Below, piece after piece: positions 11,153 to 24,047 of a stretch of 44,735 nucleotides of DNA. This DNA is from Octopus sinensis (lineage: Eukaryota): positions 1 through 44,735 of the forward strand of contig NW_021826263.1 of the NCBI RefSeq assembly GCF_006345805.1. Reading direction: 5' to 3'. The first letter of the stretch is position 1, and every line of letters begins with the position of its first letter. The position numbers and the translations under genes were made by a program. A model generated the notes under the pieces. That model had not been told where the DNA came from. It ran no database searches and saw nothing but the letters and a program-made list of their open reading frames with translations.

Positions 11153-12580
11153 CTAGATCATACAGGCTCCACTTAACAGGCACAAGTCTTCATCCCTGCA
11201 GGAACAGCCGGCTTCGTGTTGTTGAGTTGCATTGTGTGAAATTATGTTTTTAAAGTTTGGAGTTGAACTAAAACTAATTTTTACGTTGTGCCAATTAAAG
11301 AGTTTCCTATATTTAAGATGTATTAGAAAATGTCTACCTATAAGTGATAATAAATATTTATCTATATCAAAGGATACTTGGCAGGAGTAAGGGGGGTGTG
11401 AACCAGATAATTTTCCTGCCTATATGTTTTCTTTTCATTATTTTTGGCCTAATAGTAGGTGTGTATGCTATTACCTCTTTAAATTCGCTAACTTCAAGGG
11501 CTTTGTTATATAGTAGGACAGCATTATTAAATATGTTTATATTGGGGGAGAGGCTAGAAATTCTGCTACTAATATTCTTAACTAAATTCTTGAACACTAT
11601 GGTAGGTGGCAGGAACCTACATTAATATAACTATGTCTATCGTTGGGATTTCTATGGGGTTTATAAATATTCTTTTGTAAATTTAGAAATACGTCATGAA
11701 ATTGACAATCGTCAGGTTGGTATCTGTTGATATGCTAAGATCGAATGTTTTCATAAGATGGGTAATACCCTTCCTTAACCGATCTTGCGCTGGTCCATTG
11801 GTATTCTTAGCTAAAGATAGAGCCTCGTCCCTATAAATAGCGAAATATACACCAAGAAAAGCTTTTTCTAACGTGTCAAGCAAGGGGAGCCCAATGAGAT
11901 CGCATATTCTTGCTCCATCATATGGCCCCCCATGTTCACGTCGAAAAAACCCTCTGTGTCTGATGCCTTGACCAACTCTATGTTCTCCCTGAAGAGTAAG
12001 GTCTTTCTAGCAGGGTGGACTATATTCTTATCGTGTTCACTAAACCTTTGTAAAATCGTTCGTGAAAGTGAGGGCTTTATCTAGTAGTTTTCTAGAAAAA
12101 GATGTATAGAAATCTACAATATCATATTGAGTAAATCTTGCTTTATTCTTATTTCTAATTCCTTCAAACCAGTTAACAACTTCGACAATATTGGACCATT
12201 GTACTAAATTAGCTCCGCCTCTACCTTTAGCATTTATTTAAAAAAATATTCCTTTCTAATTATACCGATTTCTGATTTCGCAAGGTTAATTGGTCTGCAT
12301 TTAAAAATTAGATACCAAGTTCTTTTTATGGTCCGTAATAGTTATAAAGGCCCCCCCTTTTTTTTTGGAAGGATTTCTGTTTTTTCTAATTTAAACCTAG
12401 CGGAGGTGGTACTGGCTTCTTTATTAATGTTCTTATAAACTTGTGGTCTAACTTTAGTGGAATTATTAATAACATTGTTATGTAGGAGTTATGAGTATGA
12501 GCTGTTGTTCACAAGGTATAAGTTCTTGGTTTTATCCGATCAATGTCGTCTGTCATAAACTTACCAGGGAAATTTGGTGG
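11150..12580 (-). pseudogene. Penelope-like element (PLE) RT fragment, probably Naiad-type; stops and frameshifts
   Basis: Minus-strand motifs in order: SDKTKNLY, AFITITDHK, AKSEIGII, QWSN, QYDIVDFY, FDVNMG.YDGA.ICDLIG, IYRDEAL (11824-11835; normally YRDD), RKIIWFTPP, KLFNWHNVKISFS, GCSCRDEDLCLLSGAC. The clade assignment is an inference from remembered motifs. Confidence 0.85.
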
Positions 12581-12984
12581 GCGTCGCGTTTACTGTCTAC
12601 AGTCACATCGATTTATGCCCTTGTGAGTGTGTGTGGTGTGTGTGTGTGTGTGTGTGTGTTGTGTGTGTGTGTGTGTGTGTGTGCATGTTTGGGAAGAAGA
12701 GGTCGGATCTATCCAATGTTTATTTACTTCATTTACTGATTACATATTTTGGTGAGTTACATCTGCCAACATTATGAAATAAATCCGAGCAAACAAAATC
12801 AACTGTTGGACACCATACCTTCTCCCATTTAATTTTCTCTCTGTACTTTGAGTAAGTTTCCTCTGTTAATATATAAATATTTATATATTCCTTCTTGAAT
12901 ATTCATCGTTTGAGAATTTTCAGTCTCTGCGTTTTCTTCAACATGTATACATGTATATATATTTTGTATATCAAATCTAAATGT

Positions 12985-13035
12985 GAAGGCGCATAGCTCA
13001 GTGGGTAGAGCGTCGGGTTAACAACCATGACGTAG
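12985..13035 (+). mobile_element. tRNA-like SINE head fragment
   Basis: GGCGCATAGCTCAGTGGGTAGAGCGTC carries an A box. There is no B box or cloverleaf 3' half, so it is not a tRNA gene. Confidence 0.55.
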
Positions 13036-14249
13036 TAAAAAATTATATGAAGAAAATCATTGGGTACAATGCCCTGCACTTGTTTATTGTTATGCTCTGT
13101 CAGTGAAAGAGCTAATTACGTTAACGTGCTAATTAATTTGGTTGAGCTGTTGACTATATATGTGTAACAATTACACAATACGATACGGTAAAACATGGAT
13201 AGATAAAGGAATAAAATGGATAAAGCAAGGATAACCATGTGCGACAAGTACAGCGAACAAGAAACTATGAGAAACCTGTTGAGAGGCATTGAATTTTCAA
13301 TGAAGATGCATAGGAATATATTGAGTATTAGTCGAAAGAAATTTGATTGTTTGGTAAGTGGATTCAAGACAGAAATAAGGAAGAATAAGAAGAGGAACTG
13401 GAGAAGGTAGAAGCAGCGTGGGAAAACAACAACAACGACAGCAAGGAATTTCAATGTAACAAGTTATTTAAATGAAATCCAGAGAGAGCATGTCGTCGGT
13501 GGATCTATAACCATTGAAAGCATTTTGAAAATCTCCTTGAAGATAAAGAGACGCGAGAAGAGCTGAGTTTTTTTTACCGTTACTGATGTATGGCCCCTTT
13601 GTCAGAACTAGCATTTATCAAGGTAGCGATAGTTTGAATCGCGTGCTGACCGCAAGGAAGGTTTAAAAATTGAACGTGTGTCTTGTTGAAATAAATTGAA
13701 AGTACATCATGCTAGTTATATGAGTGAAACATGAGGTTAGTTGATTGTGTCAGACATGCTGGCTGGGTAAAAAACAATATCATAAGCGAATGTTCCTGCG
13801 GGTAGATGTGGCAAATGGAATGAAGACAAACTGAAGATTGTATGATCGTATCCAATACCTGAGATATACCCGGGATTATACATTAGGTCGACTGAATATT
13901 TATTCAGTCTTTTTCTTTAACCAATTGGCAAATTTATAAAGACTAAAAACTTCAAAACCATATATAAGGACTAAGTATTTCAAACATATTTACCAAGTAA
14001 AAGAAGCAACTTGATATACCACATATAGTACTGTAACCATCCTCTAAAACACAAGCTTTGCAGGGACACAGAAGGCAAAAACTACGGCCATCATTCGTAA
14101 TCGTGGATAAGTTGATGTCCGCTTGTACCATGATTTCGTTCTTGGTTGTAGGAGCACGTTCAGTTGTCACAAGAGAAATATATCTTAAGCCGCCCCAGCT
14201 TAGGCCAGTCGAAATATTAAGGTTGTAATAATGAAAGACAAGGCTGCCC

Positions 14250-14325
14250 CAGTTATGTCTTATTGTTTTATTCATCGAACCTAAAAGGATGAGAGACAAA
14301 TTTCACTTCGACGGCACTTAAGCAG
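14250..14325 (-). mobile_element. Degenerate SINE family A internal fragment
   Basis: Reverse complement TGCCGTCGAAGTGAAATTTGTCTCTCATCCTTTTAGGTTCGATGAATAAAA resembles the family A middle section. Confidence 0.45.
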
Positions 14326-14437
14326 AGTGGCGAGCACCGGAATAAACATTGCAACGCATTATATACGATGTTTAACATCTACGATATACATACATACATA
14401 CATGCAAAAATACATACATACAAACATATACACACAC

Positions 14438-14475
<38 letters not shown>

Positions 14476-14609
14476 ACACATATGTATTTATGTACGTTTC
14501 TACATATATACATATACAATATATATATCCTTATATACACACACATACATGCATGTATATATGTATGTATATACATTATGTATTATATATAATATATATA
14601 TATATATAT

Positions 14610-14648
<39 letters not shown>

Positions 14649-14874
14649 GGCCTCTATCTTTACATATATGCCCTATACGCTATAAATGTAATACACACGT
14701 ATATAGTTATGTACAGTTACATTAAAAAAAAGAACATATCGTGATAGATTCATAGACAGATATAGATACATATCCACTGTTTTACATCTGTTTTCACAGT
14801 CAATTAAATGTTGTCTCTAAAAAACTATTTAATAACACACCACGTACATATATGTACGGATGTCTGTCTGTCTG

Positions 14875-14918
<44 letters not shown>

Positions 14919-14974
14919 TAGGTGTATATATATGTTTATATATTTATATGTATATATATATGTATATATATGTA

Positions 14975-15005
<31 letters not shown>

Positions 15006-15859
15006 ATATTATATATATATATATATATATATGTGTGTAAAGTTTATAATTAAAGAAACAAATACAAACATAGCGATAAAATAAAGGAAGCTACAAATAC
15101 AAAACAACACACAGCTGTAATATAACAAAATAAGAAAACCGATATGCTCTGTTTCGAAAGTCTCTCTCTCTCTCTCTCTCTCTCAGTTATTTATTTTTTT
15201 TAATATTCTTCTTGTTGATTTTTATGTCCTAGAGAAGCACAACACGCATGCTATGGTTCACTGGGTCTATAAAACAGCTAGAGAATACTGAATAGAATAG
15301 CTCAATCAAGGCTAAGTGGATTGACTTGTGGCTATGAGCAGTAAACAACAGTAACAAAAAAACAAATACAACAATAACAATAACGAGAATAATGATAATA
15401 AGAATAATAATGATAACAACAACAATAGTAAAATAATCATCCGACAATTCCAAATATACAAAATAGAAAAATAAAATTAAAAAACAACATGAAAAGAGCA
15501 AAACAAAAGGAAGCAAAATAAAAACAAAATGGCTACCGTCAGACGAAATTTTCGCGCCATCAAACGTTTATTTCTGTATTGTGAAGTCAGGGTATTTTTC
15601 GTTGAGTCATCTTTATTGATTTCTGCCATTATTGTGTTGCAATGTTGCAATGAAAATTTGTGCAAAAAAAAAAAATAAATAAATGAATAAAAGATAACAA
15701 TAAATACAGGAACAGATAGAATAACAATAACAATAACAATGCCAATACGTACCATGATAAGAGGAGACATTCAGCGTGCGATTTATTTTGCTATCATCAT
15801 AATCGTCATTAGAATAATAATGATCGCCTTCGTAATTCTTTCTTGTTGTTGTTGCTATT

Positions 15860-15883
15860 ATTATTTTTTTATTATCATTATTA

Positions 15884-15933
<50 letters not shown>

Positions 15934-15940
15934 CATCATC

Positions 15941-15986
<46 letters not shown>

Positions 15987-15987
15987 A

Positions 15988-16026
<39 letters not shown>

Positions 16027-16040
16027 TATTATTATTATTG

Positions 16041-16073
<33 letters not shown>

Positions 16074-16172
16074 GTTTTCTCCTTATTGTAATGTATATTA
16101 TTCTTATTTTTTCATTAATATTTAATTATTTATTATTATAATTATTTTTATCATCATCATTATTATTATTAT

Positions 16173-16213
<41 letters not shown>

Positions 16214-16290
16214 TCATTATTACTATGAACATCATCATCATCATCATCATCATTACCATTATTCTTATTGCTATTATCATTATTAATATT
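15860..16290. repeat. Compound trinucleotide array (TAT)n/(CAT)n/(TAG)n
   Basis: Seen directly; it explains the poly-H/S/M/Y/L ORFs. Confidence 0.95.
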
Positions 16291-16764
16291 ATTATTATGC
16301 TCCTACTCCTATATTAATCCCTCCTACATTTGTTGTTCTTTTTCACTAGGCCACATCATTCACAATCTCACCCCATTCAGTCTTGCTCCAGTCGAAGCCA
16401 TGAGCATCGGTACTGAGTGAATCAATATGCTAAGTGATTACTACATAAATCACACACACACACTCACAAAATCTCTCTCACATACACATTATCACACACA
16501 TACCCGCACACGCACTGGTACACAAGTAAACGCAAGGACAATTATGCGAATACATATATAAACATATGCGAGAATGTATATGCACAAGCATATGAACAGA
16601 TATATATTTACACAGACACTACACAAATACACACACCACATATATGTATGCATGCATATATATATGTGTGTGTGTGTGTATACATATATACATACATACA
16701 TATATATATATATATAATAATATATATATATATATATAATATATTATATATATATATAATATCA

Positions 16765-16911
16765 AAGTGAGAGAACATAAATATGAAACAAGGTGGGAAA
16801 ATAGTACTCGAATACCGGAGGAGAGTAATATGCTTTATTAATAAAGCTGCAAAAACATTAAAAAAATACCGTTACAGTTTCACGTTCCCGTTCGTCGGAC
16901 GTCGGACAGTT
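16765..16911 (-). mobile_element. HH-A element copy with hammerhead motif at 16868-16911
   Basis: Minus strand ACTGT-ccgac-gt-CCGACGA-ACG ggaa CGT-GAAAC-t-GTA-ACGGT, with a 7-nt GTCCGAC duplication and the stem III loop deleted. The tail matches 35340-35440. Confidence 0.65.
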
Positions 16912-17079
16912 TTAGTTCGTAGCTCTACTGATGAACTGTGTCTGTGATGAACTGTATGTATGTATATATATATATAATCGTACATTATCTGTACAGAGAG
17001 AGAGAGAGAGAGAGAGAGAGACGGAGAGAAAGACGGAGTAACAGTATGTTTTCCTCAAATATTTTATATCTGTCTCTCT

Positions 17080-17580
<501 letters not shown>

Positions 17581-17680
17581 ATATATTATACATATATATT
17601 ATATTTACATGTATATATAATATATTGGTATAAAGTATATCGTATTTAATATACTTTTATGTGTGTGTGTGCATTTGTAA

Positions 17681-17716
<36 letters not shown>

Positions 17717-18845
17717 TATATATGTATATACACAAGCACATACACAGACACAAATGTCTGTATGTATATATTTATGTGTGTATGAATGTCATCATATATG
17801 TATGTATATGTTATAATCATGAACAACGACTATAAACATCAAGGGCAAAAACAAATGCAGCATGATTAAAATATCAATTATCTCTGAAGTATATTTATGC
17901 AATATAACTAACACGCCACAGCCCCTGTGAGGACGTGTTTTTAAAGATATTTATGCTCAACGTACTTATTATGTCCATTAATGGGCAAAGCACTACGGCT
18001 TTTGATTTATCGTGTAAGTAAATATGTATAGAAACACACATGCTACCATGTAGAAAAATACATATATATTATATCTATACCTATATTTATGCAAACATAA
18101 TTAATTATATGAATATAAATATAAATATACAAATATGTATATATGTAATTATAAACATGTATATAAGAACACACACATAGAGATATGTTGTATAAATATA
18201 TGTGTATACTTATGTATGTATATATGTTTATATGTATGTACGTATGAATGTATGCAATTATGTATATTGTAAATATGTGTACATTTATATATTTCTGTAT
18301 TCACATCAAAGTCAAGCTGGAGTTATTGAAGTATTTAATTATCTACTTGTTAGTTATAGTCTGCTTATTAAATATGTATCGATGGATTGCTCATGAACAT
18401 TGCCTCACTATCTGTACCCCTTGATTACTATATATAAATATAAATATACTTCTGTGTATATATATATATATATGTGTGTGTGTGTTATGTATATATATAT
18501 ACACATATACATATATATATATGTTTGTGTATTTGAGAGTGTGTATAAATATATGCATATATGGAGAGATATGTATATATATATATTTATGTATATACAG
18601 ATATATATGTATGTGTTTGTCTGTGTAAGTTTGTGCTTTTGTATGCCTGTACGAATATCTGTTTATAAGTATTTGTATCCATCTACGTATCTGTCTAACA
18701 TTTAATGTGTCGAATTATACGCGCATACACACACACACACATACATGCGCAGTCATACGTACATACTCACACTCAGATATGTGGATATATATATATTTAC
18801 ATATTTATATATATATATATATATGCATATAGATAGCTTGTATAG

Positions 18846-18878
<33 letters not shown>

Positions 18879-18978
18879 TATATAATATATACATACACAT
18901 ATATACCTATATATATATACATATATACATACATATATATATAAATATATATACATATATACATATATATATATAGAA

Positions 18979-19013
<35 letters not shown>

Positions 19014-20506
19014 TATATATTATATATATGAATGTACGTATATATGTATGTATATAAGCTCTGGAATATTTATGTCTTTTGAAAGTATGTGTTTTATAAA
19101 GATAAGACTATCCGAATCTTTATGTCGGCATTCAATTTACAGATATGTTTGATTTTAGAAATACGTGCTATTACACACATACGTACACACACATGCACAT
19201 ACACACACATGTAGATATATTTATATATATATACATGCACATGCATACATTCCTTGATAAAACAAGCATAAACTCACTGACACACATACACACAGATACA
19301 CATATATACAAACTCTACAAAGTATATCATTTTTTTATATATATCACATATATGTGTAACAATATGAATATTTGCTTTTATATATATACACAGACACTAT
19401 AATGTTCACAGTACTAATTTCAGTTCTAATCTTTTGAAATCATCCTCTTGAAAACTCCATTTTCATTGTTTAACTTTACAATAAAATGGCTGGTTCATCT
19501 CTGTAATTAAGTAAGTTAAATAAGGTCTCACTCATTACGTATATATGTATATTTATATGTGTGTGCGAGTGTGTATGCTTATATACGTATGTATGTACCA
19601 GTAGTAATATATATATATATATATATAATTATATATATATGTGTGTGTGTGTATACAGAGAGAGCGAGAGATTTGTGTGTTTGTGTGTATGTATTTATGT
19701 ATATATGTACTTACGTATGTTTTTACGTATGTATGCATTTACATTTGTTTGGTTACTTTGAAAGTTTGCGGTGGGAAATGTTACCAAATAGTTTAGTTCT
19801 TCTAAATGAGGGAAGTCTGTTATCTTCTCAAACCTCATTAGTTCGAATAACTGGTAAACACATCCCTTGGCTTGCAAATGCTAAAAGTTGCCCCAACCCA
19901 ATACCTTTTCGCAAACACCTCACCTCCACCAACACCACGAAAAACAAAAACAACAACAACAACGCATAATACCTTAATTTTCTTAGCCAAACATGACTTA
20001 TAATTAAGGACATTATAAAAGAAATATTCCAATGCGTAACGTATTTGCCAGAAATTAATAAACTTCAGTGCGTTTACTATTTATCTTCAAAAGAAAGATC
20101 GGGTAAATGATGGGAATATCCAAAATCAGCAGAGGAAATTGCTTGAGGGAATTACTTGCTGTTATTTACATTCATCGAAGTCGTCACTGGATTGCAATCT
20201 CCCAGCATTGATGAAACGGGTACCAATTATGCAAGGCAGTCGATATTATCGACTTCACCTACCCGGAAAATTTTGTTATTTTGCAGTGATATTTGGAATT
20301 AGTATTTGTTTTCGAGAGTTCAATAATTTGGCAAATTGTTAAGAGTGTCGATGTTTAGGCACGAAGTATTACGTTCTGAGTTCGAAGGACATCGATGATG
20401 AACTTACGTTTTTTTTCTTTTTTCTTAAGTCGATAAAATAGTTTTTCGATTATATCCCTACATTATTTACAACTGACGGATATTTGTTCTCATCTTGTTT
20501 GTAGTT

Positions 20507-20552
20507 AACACAACGTTTCGGCTGATATAACATCCAGCCTTCATTAGGTGTC
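20507..20552 (-). ncRNA. Type I hammerhead motif, family HH-C, G5A variant
   Basis: Minus strand GACAC-CTAATGA-A-GGCTG gatgttatat CAGCC-GAA-ACGT-T-GTGTT. Confidence 0.65.
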
Positions 20553-20585
20553 TTGGGGAAATTTCATTCCTAAGGTATTTTTCGA

Positions 20586-20631
<46 letters not shown>

Positions 20632-20717
20632 GTAGTAGTAGTAGTAGTATCATTATTCAGGTCACTACCTGGAATCAAACTCGGAATCTTAAGGTTAGTA
20701 ACCAGTGCTCTTAACAT

Positions 20718-20785
20718 ATGGCGCAGTGGTTAAGAGCACGGGTTACTAACCGCAAGATTCCGAGTTCGATTCCAGGCAGTGACCT
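20718..20785 (+). promoter_or_regulatory. tRNA-derived internal Pol III promoter (A and B boxes)
   Basis: A box TGGCGCAGTGG at ~20719-20729 and B box AGTTCGATTCC at ~20764-20774, with tRNA-like spacing. Confidence 0.7.
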
Positions 20786-20808
20786 GAATAATGATAACAA
20801 TAATGATG

Positions 20809-20860
<52 letters not shown>

Positions 20861-20926
20861 CATCGAAACAACAACAACATCGAAAAATACCTTAGGAATG
20901 AGAACCCAGGTTTGAAATTTCCCCAA

Positions 20927-20972
20927 GACACCTGATGAAGGCTGGAGGTTATATCAGCCGAAAGGTTGTGTT
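20927..20972 (+). ncRNA. Type I hammerhead motif, family HH-C, stem III variant
   Basis: GACAC-CTGATGA-A-GGCTG gaggttatat CAGCC-GAA-AGGT-T-GTGTT. Stem I is GACAC/GTGTT and stem II is 5 bp. Confidence 0.7.
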
Positions 20973-21126
20973 AACAACAAAGATCAGGACAAATATCCGT
21001 CAAATGTGAATAATATAAATAATGTACATAATTCTCATCTCTTAAATATGGAACTAGATTTACCTGTGTCTTAATCTTTGAGTCTTTAGCGTTCGTTGGA
21101 AATCTGTACTGAATATTCCTAAAGAA

Positions 21127-21336
21127 ACGAGCTTGCAGAAACGTTAGCATACAAGGCAAATTACTTAGCGGCATTTAACCCGTCTTTGTATTCTGAGTTC
21201 AAAGTCCACCGAGTCCCCATACTAACTTTCATCATTTCGAGGTGAAAAAATATATACCAGCTAATCACTGGAGTCGATGTGTTTGATATACCCTCCCCCA
21301 TCATCAATTGCTGTCCGAGTGCCAAAATTTGAAAAC
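21127..21336 (+). mobile_element. SINE family A, diverged
   Basis: CGAGCTTGCAGAAACGTTAGCA...TTCTGAGTTCAAA...GTGCCAAAATTTGAAAAC. Confidence 0.75.
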
Positions 21337-21645
21337 CGGTATTAAATATTCCTTCAAAGGGAATTAGAAGTGCCTAGTATATCACGGTGCAAAAGCACCG
21401 GTACTGTATTGTGGCCGATACGAAAGACTACTTCTTTCAAATTTAAAACTCTTGCTTGTATTTGAAATTAATACGTATTTTCTATAGGAAATGGGGCAGC
21501 TGCTAAATTTTGTAAATCGTTGGACAAACGCATCTCAATTCAAGTTTATACTTTTCAATGCCTACCAATTTGACATAAGACTATAGATGAAGTAACAAGG
21601 TCTATTAATTTTGCAACCAAATATTTATCTTTGGTGTCCCTATAT

Positions 21646-21687
<42 letters not shown>

Positions 21688-21797
21688 ATAATATATATAT
21701 AAGGGGAAGCTTTATGAAAAAGACAAAAGACGAAGGCAGGTGGAAAACAAACGAACATTGTATTAGTATGCGCTCAGGAAATATAAATAAAACAAGT

Positions 21798-21832
21798 CTT
21801 TAACGTTTCGAGCTACGCTCTTCAACAGAAAG
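21798..21832 (-). ncRNA. Minimal type I hammerhead motif with CUGUUGA core
   Basis: CTTT-CTGTTGA-A-GAGC gta GCTC-GAA-ACGT-T-AAAG. Stems I and II pair perfectly. Confidence 0.6.
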
Positions 21833-22016
21833 ATACACAGAGAGAAAAAAAAACACAGAAGAAGGAGAGAAAAAAATGCGTGCAGTAGCTAACGAATCAA
21901 CATGGCAATCTGATTTCGGTCAGAGGTCAAAGATCAAACATGAGACGCGAGAGCGAAATAAGGGGAGATAATAGGGTTGATAATATGGTAGAAGGACCAG
22001 CTATAGTGCGTAGGAG

Positions 22017-22340
22017 GGGTCCTGGACGTGTGTATGTATAGGGTTGGTGTATGTATTAGTATGTATAAGGTGTGTGTGTGGTGTGTGTGTGGGATGAGAG
22101 TATTAGTGCGTAGATTGGTGTGGACGTGCGTATGTATGGGGTTGGTGTATGTATTAGTATGTATTAGTGTGTATTAGTACGTATTAGTATGTATAAGTGT
22201 GTGTGTGTGTGTGTGTATGAGAGAGTATAAGTGCGTATGAGGGGTCTGGACGTGTGTATGTATGGTTGGTGTATGTATTAGTATTATTAGTATGTATAGT
22301 ACGTATTAGTATGTATTAGTTGGTGTATGTATTAGTATGG
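22017..22340. repeat. Three imperfect ~100-125-bp tandem units containing GTATGTATTAGT subrepeats
   Basis: Units start near 22017, 22118 and 22241 with ..TGGACGTG(T/C)GTATGTAT..GGTTGGTGTATGTATTAGT. Confidence 0.8.
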
Positions 22341-22379
22341 CACATCATATATGATGTGATTGTGTGAAGTCGTGTGGTG

Positions 22380-22670
22380 TAGTGGAGGAGGAGAGGGGGG
22401 AGAAGGGGGGAGGAGAGGGGGAGGAGAGGTGGAGGAGAGGAGGGGGAGAGGGGGAGGAGAGGAGGGGGAGAGGAGGGGGAGGAAGGAGGAAAGAGGGATA
22501 GGGGGAGTGAGGGAGCAAGGGAAGGGGAAGAAGGAAGGAGGAGGGATAACGAGGGAAAAGGGAAGGGGAGTAGGGGTGAAAGGATGAGGACTGAAGAAGT
22601 AGGGGTCGGGGGGAAAGGATAGGTGAGGAGAGGGGTGGGGGAGATGGGGTTTAATGAGGAGGGGGTGGAG
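22380..22670 (+). repeat. Purine/G-rich low-complexity tract with G-quadruplex or triplex potential
   Basis: Many G3-G7 runs separated by A/AG. Confidence 0.7.
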
Positions 22671-23438
22671 TGAGACCAAAATGGCGTATAAGAGCGAAGA
22701 GAGAGATTAATATATATATATAATATTATTATATATTATATATATATAATAATAATAATAATATATATATATATATATATATTCTATTATATTATATTAT
22801 ATTATATCAAAACCCTTAATAAGTCTATCTTCATGAAAATTGCATCTCCGGGAAGTATTACCACTTACATGGTCCGGATTCAGTCCTGCTGCATGGTAAC
22901 CATTGGGCAAATGTTTTCTACTATAAAATTGGACTAGAGTAGAATGATATACGTATGCATATGTATGTATATACATATCTATATGTATATATATATATAT
23001 ATATCTATATATATATATAATATATATATACATATATATATACATATGTATGCATATAAATTCATATATACAATAGTATATATGTGTATATATGTATATA
23101 TATATATATATAGTTATATATCTGTATAAAGTTAATCCAATATATATCTGTATATATGTATGTATAATGTGTATCTTTGTGGTGCGTATATATATATATA
23201 ATATATTATATACATATACATAGATAAATATATATGTATGTATGTACATTTGTATGCATGTATATATGTATGCACGTGTGTGAACACCTATTTAGATAGA
23301 AGTATATACATATAACTGTCTATATAACGCGATAAATAGATAAACGGATAGATAGATAGAAATATTTAAATGTATAAATATTTTTTATTTATATTAGTGT
23401 ATGAGTATACGTTTACATAAACATATATACTCACACAG

Positions 23439-23483
<45 letters not shown>

Positions 23484-23890
23484 CATATCTAACTATATAT
23501 ACCTATATATCTATACATATGTATGTGCGTCTATGTTTCCATATATATATATATATACATATTCATGCACTCAAACTTGCACTCTCACATACTAACACAG
23601 ACCTCAGACTATTTGAACTGTAAACAAGTTGTCAAATAAACAAGGATCAATAAATTAGATAGGTTTTTACTCGATGTTTTATTCATTAAAAGATTGGACG
23701 TCCTTGATTTTATCTAATTTTATATAGGAAATTTTCAAAAATATTTTATAACGTTATTTTTCTTAAATTTTTGTTATTTACAATTTGCTGAAGAGATTTT
23801 GGTATTTCTTTGTGAGTTCTGTCTTATTGTCTTTACCTATTATTGCTCAAATTCATTAAGTCTCTCCAAAAGTTTTTAACTTGTAGCTGA

Positions 23891-23927
<37 letters not shown>

Positions 23928-23951
23928 GTTATTATTATTATTGTTATTATA

Positions 23952-23982
<31 letters not shown>

Positions 23983-24047
23983 GTTATTATTATTATCATT
24001 ATTATTAGTATTATTATTATTATTATTTATTATTTTATTATTATTAT

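Larger units (their letters stand above)
20459..21026. mobile_element. ~570-bp fold-back of a tRNA-head/(AAT)n/hammerhead element
   Basis: Arms 20459-20715 and 20729-21026 are reverse complements apart from microsatellite length, one ~14-nt indel and scattered substitutions. Apex: GTGCTCTTAAC-atatggcgcagtg-GTTAAGAGCAC. Confidence 0.85.
21701..22705 (-). mobile_element. ~1-kb non-autonomous HH-B element
   Basis: On the minus strand: pyrimidine-rich 5' part, tandem-repeat middle, core shared with 6761-7363 (CATGGC, GAGAC.CGAGAGC, AAGGGGAGATAA on the plus strand), hammerhead, then tail into (TA)n. Confidence 0.6.

Noticed and set aside
12985-13035. tRNA gene
   Set aside because: Only an A box and D-arm are present, with no T-arm or acceptor stem. 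All tRNA-like pieces here are SINE heads.
13952-14299. 115-aa Cys-containing ORF as a host exon
   Set aside because: No recognisable domain, its start overlaps a SINE remnant, and there is no convincing splice context.
22017-22340. CRISPR-like or telomeric array
   Set aside because: Eukaryotic context, no unique spacers, and no TTAGGG runs; it is a slippage-derived minisatellite.
22332-22679. Proline-rich or glycine-rich protein ORFs
   Set aside because: They are translations of a G/A low-complexity tract inside a non-coding element.
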